Assembly (NCBI GenBank): GCA_009103225.1
Contig: RHPI01000008.1
Coordinates: forward strand, 62,001 to 126,000
Direction of reading: 5' to 3'
Length of the DNA stretch: 64,000 nucleotides
Origin: Chlorokybus atmophyticus
Taxonomy: Eukaryota; Plantae; Mesostigma and Chlorokybus algae
The notes under the pieces are model-generated. The model saw only the letters and a list, made by a program, of their open reading frames with translations. It searched no databases and was not told the origin of the DNA. Each line of letters opens with the position of its first letter. Within the stretch, counting starts at the first letter, position 1. Below are positions 1 through 11,449 of this stretch, in pieces. The translations under genes and the position numbers were made by a program.

Positions 1-1773
1 TGGTGCAGCCATAGAAGCACCTGGCAATGCCATAGAAGAACTTGGCAATGCATATCGGCAGACATCGGTGCTGTGGGAACGCGCTTGCGCGCGCGCGCAT
101 GCGCGCGCAAGCACAAGCATGCACACGTGTTGATATTTAATATTGTTGACACATACAAACGACTGTTGCACAACACACGCACAACACAAGTTGTACACCC
201 ATCCACGTGCAAGGCCTGCGCGCACATGTAGGGTGGTAAACTGACTCTATATACAACTCTGTACAGTCCGATTGGACTGTACAGAGTTGAAACTTTTAAT
301 AGGGCTGTCACTTGAGGGTTGGTGGTTTGGGGTGGTGTGGGAAGAGGCTCGGGGAGCGACTGTTGGGTGAGGGGAGAGGGAGGCTGGTNGGGGAAGGAGC
401 GAGCGGGGAGTGGGACAGTAAGTGTGCAACGGAACAAAATGGCGCTTGAGGCAGAATGGCCCTTGACAGTCCAGCACTGTCCAACAGAGGACTGTTCAAG
501 TCCGTTTGCTGATAGCCTGTCAGTGGGGAGAGGAGAAGGGTGCGGTCAGCTTGTGGGTATGCACAGCACATGTGCAAGCGCGTGGACGTGCCCGCGCGCG
601 CATCGCGAAGCAGCAAACATAAGATAGACAATCAGCTTAGCTGCTGTAAGGTCAGCTTGACGTTAAGTAGCCTGAGGGTGCGGTCTAGCTTCCAACAAGA
701 TGTGCACAATAATTGCAATTACTGTGTCAGAAACAGAGCACAATCTGCTGTGGAAGCTTGCAAAGGGGAGATCTGTAGCGGGAACGTGACGCAAACAAAT
801 GGTGATGTCACATACCTGCCATGCTTCAGTACTTGTCCAACGGGCTGAGGGTAAGGCGGTCATGCACAGGCATGTGCTTGTCGTAGCAAGCACGGCGCCT
901 ACGACCTCTCTTCTTCCCTACTGGAAACAGCGGGGCAGCAGCCTTCTTCTCCGCCTGCTGGTGGTGTTGCTGGTGTAGTTGCTGGTGTACTACAGCAGCA
1001 GCAGCCGTTACAAGCACACCAATCAAGAACAACAACATGTTACATGACGACAACAACAACAACAATGCAGACCGTAGCAGCAGTAGCGGGTCAACAAACT
1101 AGTTAATCAGTTACAGCGTTAGAAACGACAACAATGACCACAAGTAAACGTACCAACGGCAGCACCTGCTGCCGTTGTGACGTTCTGTTGCGGGTGCAGC
1201 TGCATGTGCTTGCACAAAAACGACACCTTTTGCTAGTACGCACAGTCATACACATACACACAAAATTGGTGCTTGTACTAGCAAAGAGACGTTAAAGTAA
1301 AATGCAAATAAAGATAACAACTACACCCACCGCTCGCCGCCGCCGCCTCCACCGCTCCAGCGCCATGAGCCTCTGCTGAGCGACAGTCTTGCATTGCCTC
1401 CCCGGCTGTCAAGCTCGTACAGCTCGACACATAGACACGCTAAACTCTGCTGACGTGTACGGTACGCGCGTGCTGATCCGCTGCGTCAGCGGAGAGACTA
1501 GGCGCGGCCTAGTGCGAACCATGCATGGTTCGTATGTTCATGAACAACCGCATTAGGGGTTTAACACCGAACCACAAGTGGTTCGCACACACCCATTGAC
1601 AGTCGGACTGGGGACTGTCCGAACCATGCCTGGCGCGGACCATTCATGGTCCGGACTCCCGCGTGTAATCGGACCAGGAACAGGCCTGGTCCGGCCGCGC
1701 ACCATGTCTGGTGCGCGACTGCGCACCGAACTTTGGGGCCCCGAACGGACCAGGAACTGTCCGTCCCCTGCTA

Positions 1774-1929
1774 CAATCTAACCTCGATAAGTGCATATTC
1801 ACGATAAGTGCATGGTTTTGCCCGACACCAATGCACTCTACTGGTAGAATAAGACAGCGTAAGTGCATATCCGCGATAAGTGCATAGAAAGAGGTGTTCC
1901 CGATGGTATGCACTTATCGAGGTTAGACT
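1774..1929. mobile_element. pogo/Tc1-mariner-like MITE; its last base (G 17823) and right TA (17824-17825) were displaced by the LTR element insertion
   Basis: Left end is TA(1772-1773)+CAATCTAACCTCGATAAGTGCATA. Right end is TATGCACTTATCGAGGTTAGACT at 1907-1929, completed by G+TA at 17823-17825. The CGATAAGTGCAT motif repeats internally. Confidence 0.8.
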
Positions 1930-2547
1930 TGTGGGTACCAGACGGGTGCCCGGCAGCGAGACAGTGACCAGGCCGCGGAGTCCAATCACGACACAACGAT
2001 GAAGACCGTGCGCGGAGCGTGACGACCGTGCGATGAAGACGGCGAGGAGGTGCTGCATCAACGGCCAGTAGGTGTTGATGTAGTTAATATAATGTTGGTT
2101 ATTTATATAACCATGTGATCGCATAATAAGGCAGTTAGCCACGGGTCTTACTGCAGGAAATGGCTGTAAATAGCTAGGGAAGATGCCCTAGTGTGGCTAT
2201 GCTAGCACATAATAGTTGCATTATTAATCAAACAGTGGTTAATAGGCTTAGTTGTTATTGCATGCCCAACTGGATAAGACCAGTGACAAGGGTATAAGAG
2301 TAGTTCGGCGGCTCACTTGTAGGCAGCCCGGGAGCCGCCTTCTCTTCAAGCATCTTTAATACAAGAATGACTTCTGAAACTTGAGTGAATGATGCATGGC
2401 GTGCTTATGTGAATGTCACAATTTCACAATGAATTTTGCTTATTGCCTTACCGGGTGGGCATGAGCTGTGTGTGCTAATACGTTCGGCGCACAGGCCACG
2501 TGGATGACGGTGGTGACTGCGCCTCTACCGGTCACCCACCGGCTTCT
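1930..2547 (+). repeat. 5' LTR
   Basis: TGTGGGTACCAG...CACCGGCTTCT, a direct repeat of 17197-17814; lacks the terminal CACA of the 3' LTR. Confidence 0.93.
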
Positions 2548-2550
2548 TTT

Positions 2551-2564
2551 TGGTATCGGAGCGG
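2551..2564 (+). promoter_or_regulatory. Primer-binding site, tRNA-iMet-like
   Basis: TGGTATCGGAGCGG lies 3 nt after the LTR core; the canonical iMet PBS is TGGTATCAGAGC. Confidence 0.75.
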
Positions 2565-3173
2565 TCATTGGTCCAGTTAGGCCGGTGATAATAAGCCATT
2601 TCTGGGGTACCGGACACCACTAGGTATAAAACCTACGACCGCCGGTGTAGGTGTGAAACCTACGACCGCCAACCTACGGCAGTAGCCGCGAACAGCACTG
2701 CAGGGCCGTTCGTAATCACTTAATTGAGTTGAGGACGCGACCTTAACTCTGGAGTATTAAGTGGATTAAGGAACAGCGGGTGGCAGGGCGTGGGGCGGCA
2801 AGTGTGACGACGCGCTGCGAGGCGTGACGACCAAGGACGGTGCTCCAGCCTAACTCACCCTTGTGAGAGACCAAGGACTTAGCCAAAATTGCAGCAAGAA
2901 AAACAGAAAATCACCAACCAAAACACTCCTGTGGGGGGGTTTTAATCATATAAAATTACTCCACCTCACGTTGAGGGAGAGGGGGTATTTGCAGGTTGTG
3001 CCAGCACTACTCTACAATTTTATTGATTAATTCCTTTGGGCCTGCCAACAAAACATCACCCAACAAAAATTGAGGACCGCCCACTTACCAGGAAGGGGTT
3101 ACAACAAAACCCTCAGCTAAGCCTGAGTGAGGGGGTGGAACCTACGAAAAGAAAAAAGCAACAGAAAAACACC

Positions 3174-4718
3174 ATGGCAGCAGTGACAGAGATTACTTCT
3201 GCTGTACCCAGGGTGGTGCTGCCATCACCAAAGCTCAGTACATTTCATGGTCAGCTGAAGGAGGATGTTATAGCATGGCTGAGGCATGTAGACATGATGG
3301 CTAATGTCTATAACTGGAATGAGGAGATCACGTACAAGCTGGCAGCCACACACCTGAGGGATGAGGCACAGACTTGGTACCTGACTCGTGAGTTCAGCAC
3401 CTGAGCAGGACTGAAAGTGGCCATGAAAGAACGCTTTGATGTGGGGGACCCAAGCATCTACATGAATGAGTTGCATAACAAGAAGCAAGGGGTCAACGAG
3501 AGCGTGCGCACGTACGCAGACCACCTGAAGAAGCTCATGGATCGCTTGGGGGGAGAGTTCTCAAACCCTTGGAAGAAGACGCGCTTTATACAAGGCTTGA
3601 GGCCAGACTTGCGTGAGAAGGTTATCAACAGAAGGCCTGAGGAATTGGAGCAAGCCATCAATGATGCTGTATATTTTGAGGGCATTATGCAGGCAGCGCA
3701 AGTTGGCAAAGAGCAAGTCTTGGCAAAGGAGGCAACTGCATTGGCAGACTTGCAGAAGAAAATGGATGCTATGATGAAACAATTGGATGAACAAAAGGTA
3801 CATCTAGCAGAGGTGGTGACAAAGACACAGCCTCAAGCTTATCAGCAAGGCAACGCCTATGCAGGCAAGGGAGGAGTGAGACCAGACACCAGGCAGTGCT
3901 ATTATTGTCACGAGACAGGTCACATCAAGCCCATGTGTCCCAAATGGGCAGCAGCCAAGGTCAAGGAGCAAAAGGCAACACCAAGCAACGTGGTGGGGTC
4001 AACCTCCAAAGTGTCTATGGTGGTGGCCATGAGTGACAGTGAGGATGAGGTTGAGCATGACAAGCCAACCATGCTTATTCCAGCTGCATCTGATGTGCCC
4101 TCCTGCAGCACTGCTGCGGCAGCATGCGCAACTGCACCACACCTGCCTGAGACTGAAGAGGTGACAGCTGTGTGGACCAAGCCTGTGAAGATGCACACCT
4201 CACCTCAAGTGGCAAAGGGAGAGAACTATGATTTGCTGGAGCAATTGGACTACGTCACTGCCAAGATCTCTATCAAGCGACTGTTGAAAGTGAGTCCTCA
4301 ACACAGACAGCAATTGACTACCTACCTCAGAAAGCTTGAGAAGAGCGACACTCAAGTGGTGCACATGACTGAGTCTACTGAGCATACTGCCACCTATGCT
4401 ACAGTAACCATAATGGGTCGAGAGGTGGAGGCTGTGATTGACTCAGGTGCATCATGCACTGTGATGGGAATAACCTTGGTGGAAGCCTTAGGCTTGCAAA
4501 GTTCAATGCAACCCACCCGCCGAGTCATGAGAGTTGCCAATGGTAACAAGTGCGCCTTTTTGGGAGTGCTTGAGAAGCTCCCCATTACCATTGGTGAAGT
4601 TACGCATGCCGTACGCGTAAACGTCAGCCCCTCAACAATGGATGACCTGCTGGTTGGCACGGACTGGCTAGCTCGAGCTGGTGCAAATCCCATTCTCCAG
4701 CAGGCAGCTCACCTTTGA
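3174..4718 (+). pseudogene. gag: gag-protease of the Gypsy element; in-frame TGA at 3402-3404
   Basis: Retrotransposon-gag-like helices, CCHC knuckle CYYCHETGHIKPMC and aspartic protease VIDSGAS. ORFs 3036-3404 and 3417-4718 are in the same frame. Confidence 0.88.
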
Positions 4719-7700
4719 CGGAGAGGAAGGCTTTGGAGCGGGTGTCACAATGTCCTTCACATCTTCCCCAGGCATAGAGGTCAAGCAACCTGAAAAGATT
4801 ATGACAGTGCATCAGCTTCCCATCAACTCTGAGTTAGCACACTCAGAAAGGGAGGAGGTGGTGGAGTTGCTGAGCAAGTTTGATGATCTCTTTGCTACCA
4901 AGCAAGAGTTTGTGTTGGGAAAGAGAGTGCCTGGCACTAACATGGTGACACATGCGATTGACACTGGAGATGCTCGCCCGATTGTGCAAAAGCCATACCG
5001 CACTTCACGTGCTGAGGATCAGCAGATTGAAGAAGAAGTTGAACACATGCTGCAGGCTGGCATTGTGAGTCCCTCATCAAGCCCATGGTCTTCACCAATT
5101 GTGATGGTGCCCAAGCCTAACGGCCGCGGCTGGCGGCTTTGCATAGACTACCGCAAGCTGAATGAGGTCACAAAGAAAGACTGGTTTCCTGTGCCAAGGT
5201 GTGACGACATTTTAGACAGTGTGGGCAAAGCCAAGTACTTCAGCAAGTTGGACTTGCTGTCTGCTTACCATCAGGTGTGGGTGGAGCCTCGTGACCGTGC
5301 GAAGACAGCTTTTGTGACCAAGACAGGCTTGTATAAATTCAACACCATGCCCTTCGGTCTCACCATTGCACCAGCGACGTTCCAAAGGCTGATGACGCAA
5401 GTGTTGAAAAAGTACAGCAACAAGTTCGTGCTGGTGTTCTTTGACGACATCATTGTGTACTCCAACACCTTTGAGGAACACATTCAGCATTTGAACTTGG
5501 TGATGCAAGCCCTGCGTGACGCACAGCTTGTGGCGGCACTCGAGAAGTGCAAGTTTGGCATGTATGAGGTTGACATGTTGGGACATGACCTAATGGAGAA
5601 TGGGGTGAAACCACAAGCCAGCAAGCTGAAGGCAGTACATGAGTTCCCTGTGCCAACTACACAAACACGTGTGCGCTCATTCTTGGGGTTAGCTTCATAC
5701 TACAGAAGGTTTGTGGAGAACTTCAGCAAGAAAGCACAACCACTCACTCAGTTGACGTCCAGTGTGGTGCCATTTGTGTGGGGGGGAGAGCAGCAGCAAG
5801 CGTTTGATGAGCTGAAACACGCGTTGACCACTGCTCCAATATTGAGGAGGCCAGATCTGGATATGCCTTTTGTGGTGATGACGGATGCCTCAGACTATGC
5901 CTTGGGAGCTATATTGTCACAGCGTGTGGACAACAAGGAGTATGTTGTAGCTTATGCCAGCCGGATGCTCAACAAGGCTGAGCGAAACTACAGTGTAACT
6001 GAAAAAGAGTGCCTCGCTATCGTGTGGAGTGTGGAGATGTGGAGGCACTACTACCTGCATGGTACAACCTTCACGGTGGTGACGGATCATCGCCCTCTAA
6101 AATGGTTGATGAATACGGCTGATCCTACGGGCAAGCTCACCAGATGGTCACTCAAGCTACAGGAGTATGACTTTGTGGTGGAGTATGAGCCTGGCAAGAA
6201 CCACGACCATGTGGATGCGCTGAGCCGCAATCCTCCGGACTTGTACACTGCTGAAGATGAGGTAGTGCGTGTGGGGGGGATGTCTTCTGATGAGCTTGAC
6301 CTCGGCAATGAGGCACAAGAGGAGGCACTTGAGACATGCACTGAGGGGGAGGACGTTGCTGAATCAGACACTATGCCAAGCCTTGTGGCTCAGGTGAGCC
6401 ACGATGTTGAAGGGGAGGACATAGTGGAGGCTCCAGTTGAAGCGCAAACTTTACCCCCATCAAAACTTCCAGCTGGCAAGCCCATTAAAGATGTGATGGA
6501 TGATCAGATGTTGCTCACATACTGGAAGGACCCATCCAGCATCAAAGCACTGGAAAAACACGAGAGGAGGCGAGTACGCAAGCGAGCCAAAGGCTTTGCA
6601 ATGAAAGGCAGTGAGGTCTGGACCAGGCCTGGCAACAAGAAGGGGAGAAGCACTTATGATGAGGATGATCAGCCACAGATGGTGACTCGCAGAGTTTCAC
6701 CTAAGAGTCTGAGGCGTGGTATCATCCAGATGCATCACGACAACATGCATCACCCAAGTGCTGGCAAGGTGCTTGAAATGTTGCGCCCTCGATTCTTCTG
6801 GTATGAGATGACTCAGGAAGTGACAGAGTATGTGAACTCTTGCAAGAGTTGCCAAGAGCACCGGCGTACATCCCGTGAGCCTGCTCCCTTGCATCCAATC
6901 AAAGTGACTGGTGAAGCCTTTCACAGAGTGGGAATTGATTTGATTGGACCATTGCCTGAGACAGTAAAGGGCAACAAGTACATTGTCATGGCCATTGATT
7001 ACCTCACCAAATGGGTCGAGGCAAAGGCAATTCCTTCAAAGGAGGGCATTCATGTGCGCCAGTTTCTGCTTGAGGACATCATCTGCCGTCATGGTGTTCC
7101 CGCTATTATTCAGAGTGACAATGGGAAAGAGTTTCTCAACAGTGAAGTGCAAGACTTGCTGTCACGCTACAATGTTGAGAACGTCAACTCAGGCGCTTAC
7201 CACCCGCAAACAAATGGGTTGGTTGAGAGAATAAATGGGACAGTGAAGTTGGCATTGTTCAAAAGCATGGTGGGAAATCGGTGGGAGCAGAATTTGCAAC
7301 AAGTGCTGTTCACCTACCGTGTAACCAAGCAACGCAGCACTCGCGTGACACCGTTCAAGATGGTGTATCACAAAGACCCTAAGCTTCAGCTTGATAATGT
7401 GGTCAGCAACTGAGAAATAGAGGAGTTGGATTATGCCACAATGGGAGAGGCGGACTTAGCTGCATTGCTGCTAAAACGCCAAGAGTCTGTGAGCAGGCTT
7501 TATGATCGAGCTCTGGTGAATATTGAGCAAGCTCAGCAGCAACAGATTGAGGACTTTGCAAAAAGGAAGCAGCCACTTGACCCAACTCAACTAGCATGGT
7601 TGCAGGTTGGGCAAACTGTGATGCTGAGAACCGGTCCTTGAGCAGCAGGGGCTGCTGGCAATTGGAAAGGAGGTTATGTGATCAAGGAGATATGCAACAC

Positions 7701-7818
7701 GGCCAAAACAACTATCCTAGTTGAGCACATAACTTCTTTGAAGCAAGAAACAGTAAATGTGGAGAGAATTACCCCCTTTAAAGTTAGGGGCGCAGCTGAC
7801 GCTGCAAACAGGGCTTAG
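4681..7818 (+). pseudogene. pol: pol (RT-RNaseH-integrase with a GPY/F-like tail); frameshift from gag-PR near 4690, in-frame TGA at 7411 and 7639
   Basis: RT motifs WRLCIDYRKLN and VFFDDIIVYS; RNase H TDASDYALGAIL and DHRPLKWL; integrase HHCC plus GIDLIGP, SDNGKEF and NGLVER; tail VGQTVMLR...WKGGYVI. No chromodomain seen. Confidence 0.95.
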
Positions 7819-8282
7819 AAAGGCCCAGGAAGGGCCTTTCGCGGCGCCATGATTCGCAAGCCGCGCGAACTTATGGTGACCGTCGGATAACATCGACGGC
7901 CCTGCGACTCGCGGCTGGCAGAATGAGGAAAGGCCGAATTTGAGGCCGAAAAACCCAAAAAAAAGCAATTGTAAAAGCTGGCCGCAACCGGCCAATACCG
8001 GTCGGCGGCTTGAAAAGGCCAACTGCAGCCTTTTTGAGGTTGCCAGTGCAGCGGCACTGGTCAGCGGCGGCGGCGGCAGCGGCGGGAGCGGCAGCCGAGG
8101 TACGACGGCGGCGACGTCAGTGGAAACAGGCGCGAGCTGTGGCAGCACGCCCTGCCATTGCCATCATCACGCCATCTGCCGGCAGCGGCTCGCAGCAGCA
8201 GCTGCGGCCTGCAGGTATGCTGATCGCACTGCAGTGTGGCAGAGACTGGCAGTCACTGCCAAGCCAGGCTTGTCAGTGTTAA

Positions 8283-9198
8283 CAGTCGGACCGCCCGAGG
8301 GGGTTTTCACTGCTAACCATCTTGCAAGTCCTGCGCGCGCGCAGACGTGGCGGACCCCGTTGTGTCGTGTTGAGTCCGCGAGGAGTCCACCAGAATTGTG
8401 GCCTGTCAAGTCCGAGTGGTTCTCGTTTTGTCGTGCAAGGCAGTGGGGTGAGTCGCCGAATTGTTTGCTGACCCAACCGGCTTGCTAAGTCGCGGGCTCG
8501 GTCGCGAGTCTTGCAATGTCGGTGATGTTCCTCGAAAGTCCGCATGCTGCCGACGGAAGTCGGCAGCGCGGCATTTATCACGATAATATCTGTTCTACGA
8601 TTATATCGCGGCAAGTCCACACGGACCCTGTTGGACCCTTTTGCCAGACCAGGCCAGGGCGCCTGGCGGCCTGACGGCCTGGTAGCTAGTTCTCCCAAAC
8701 GGCGCCACCAGAGCCGGCGCTGACTGGTCAGCTCCAGCGCCGCCTATATACGCTAATCAACTTATTTTAACGTTGCCGCCGCCACTCTCTGCAACACCCA
8801 ATGACGCCGCCCTCCCCGCCCAGCATGTGCAGGCGGTGGCCCAGCGCCTCCGAGCAGATCCGCGTGGACACCCCGCGAACCGGCTGGGCTAGCAGCGCCG
8901 ATAAATCGCGTGGTTACCATCGGATATTTGTAATAAAGTGCATTCACACTCAATTTCACCGAGCCAAATTCCGCACCATTTCGCAAGGACCGCTTCGACA
9001 TCCGCCGACACGCCAAGTCCGTTCGCGTCACGTCTTAGCGGAATTGCGCATTTAGCGCTGCCGGTGGACCGGCCAATCCACACGACATGACAAGCCCAAA
9101 CACTGCGACTCAGAGGGAACCCCTCGGACCCACGCCCTTTCGCACGATATCGACACGACCGTTTTTGCAAGATGAAACCCCCTCCGGCGGTCCGACTG
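8283..9198. mobile_element. Non-autonomous TIR DNA element flanked by TTAA (piggyBac/Kolobok-like target; TA parse also possible)
   Basis: TTAA-CAGTCGGACCGCCCGAGGGGGTTTTCA at 8279-8309 and inverted TGAAACCCCCTCCGGCGGTCCGACTG-TTAA at 9173-9202; no transposase inside. Confidence 0.75.
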
Positions 9199-9425
9199 TT
9201 AAGGTGTGTGTGCGACGTTGCTTGGGGCGGCATGATGTGACTGGGGACGTGGGTAGGCAGGGGCGGCACTGTGGATGCCGCAGGTGTGCCATACCCAGTC
9301 AGTTGTCACAGTTAAGAGTTGCTCCAGTGGCATCAATAGCAGAGACTGACTGCACAACTAACTGCATAGCCAAAAGTCATCAATTAAGCCTTCAAAAAGG
9401 ACTCAATAAGGCTTATTGTTGCAGC

Positions 9426-11449
9426 ATGGCGCCCACAAAAATCAACAACCGGCTAGAGTGTCCACCTGGACTACCGGAGAGGCTGCATGACACCATTCCT
9501 CGTCACAAGCAGTCTGGCAACACACATGAGCGTGCAACTTGGGTGAATGGATGGCGTCAAGCTTGTGGCCTTGCTGTTGTCTATCCGCGCATGACAATAA
9601 GGGTGGACAAGGCGTCCTACCCATCACCACCAGCATCGGGGCAAATGCCCTTCTTCTGGGATGAACAACAGAAGAAAGTGACACGAGAATCACCAGAATT
9701 CACTTATCAGCTTGACGACAGCCCCGCTAAGCTGGTACGCTCTCAAGCAAGTAGATTGAGTAGCAAACGCAAGCAAAAGCTACAACAATTTATGGGCTTT
9801 GAGAGTGTGAAGCGTCCAACTACAGTTATGGGAGGCAAACTTGTGCGTACTCGACAGCTGTACATTGATGCATCTGTGTCTGCACCTCAACCTGCTGCTA
9901 CACGAATTCAGGAGAGCAACCCACTGGCATTGGCTAATCTGCTACCATCACAATACAGTGAAGATGAGTCAGGATTAGCTGAGGGTGTGCGCAACGCTGT
10001 GGATGAGATGTTGGCTGCAAGCAGTGAGGAAGCTGAAGTACAGCAACCTGTTATTAATTGGCAACAATGTGGCTATTATTGCACAATTTCTACAAAAAAC
10101 ACTTTATTACAGCCTATTTTGGCTGATGATAATGTGGTTTTGGGTCAGGTGCCCACCCGGCAAGTAAACGTGCCAGCAGCCCCCAAGCCTGTTCAAGTAA
10201 CAGGGTCCACCAGGTCTCCCTCCCAAGACCCCTTGGACTATGAAGACAATACGAGCTCTGTCGCTGGAGCGGCAGTGCAAACGGGCGTCGACGCGGCAGG
10301 CACCGTCGACCAGGCAGTGCCAACGGCGTCAGTCGGCGTGGAAGTAGCTGCGGAAGCTGCTACGGAAGTTGCAAAGGAAGCTTCCGTTCGACAAAGGGAA
10401 GAGAAATTTTTGCAGAAGCTATTTAGGAAATTCCTGGTATCATGCCAAAAGTTATTACGAAAGTTCCGACAGGCGGCAGGAATGTTGGCGTTAGCCAGGA
10501 GCCCAAGGATGGCGTGGCCAAGGGGGTCGGCAAGGGTATTGAAGATGACGACGTGGTGATGGTGGACTCGGTGGCGGACACGCTTCTTAAGTTCAGTCGA
10601 ATCACGCGCATTGGAAGGGTCTCAAACACGCCCAAACCCAACCAGCAAATAATTCTAAATCCGCCTCATTTACATAATTGGTCCCAGGACCAGACAAAAT
10701 TGAAGTCCCCGGAGGCACCCACGGAGATGGAGAAGATGTTCGCGGCCTTGAAGCAGTGCATTGATACACGGCTACTAGTCCCTACCAAGGAAGGACCTGG
10801 ATTGCCCCAGGTCGGGACTGCTGCTCATAAAGATCATCTTCCCCGGGCTGAACCCAATCGCAAGGATCGCAGGGATCACAAGGGTCAAGTGGATCGCAAG
10901 AATCTTACAGCTCACAAGGATCGGCCGCGCTCATCCCAGCCAGCTCGATCGCGCTCACCAACTCGGCATCGCTCAAGGGACCGCGGTCGCGAGCGTTCGC
11001 CGCGTAGGTACTCGCCACGTGGGCAGTACACGGTGCCGCGCGACAGGTCGCCGTGCCGTATCAGGTCGCCAATCAGGGCTCGTACGCCGCGACACGACGG
11101 CAAGTCGCCTGTGCGCGTTCCCGTACGTGACGTGGCGGCTCAATCATGCGTGGTGGAATTGGGGCCAACGGCGGTAATAAATCCATTCGAGTCCGGGGTC
11201 ATGAACCAATATGGCTCCAACCAGGGCCTCATGCAGACCCAGAGAGCAGTCACAGGCGCTGCAAAATCAATTGGGCCAATTGTGGTGGACGTGCGGGGCA
11301 TGAAAACCTGTATCAACAGCAAGAGTGGGTTCTTCCCTACCTCCGTACAACTGCCAGCAGACGAGAAATACCAATATTATGCACTGCACGCCATGACCAT
11401 GCCGGGAAACCCGGAAGGAGTGCTGATCGCGCTGTTGCCAGGACCGTAA
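9426..11449 (+). pseudogene. Extra 3' ORF of the retrotransposon, about 670 aa if joined, with an Arg/Ser/Pro-rich C-terminal part; function unknown
   Basis: ORFs 9087-10559 and 10442-11449 overlap and can be joined by one indel near 10405 plus reversal of TAG 10424-10426. Contains RSRSPTRHRSRDRGRERSPRR; no introns needed. Confidence 0.55.

Noticed and set aside
247-1400. Short ORFs at the window start
   Set aside because: Low-complexity (CAA/CAG-rich) with no recognisable domain or consistent exon chain.
1490-1770. Cluster of short palindromes (CGAACC..GGTTCG) and CGGAC/GTCCG motifs suggesting another MITE
   Set aside because: No convincing TIR pair or target duplication could be defined.
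9426-11449. env-like gene
   Set aside because: No signal peptide or transmembrane segment is visible.
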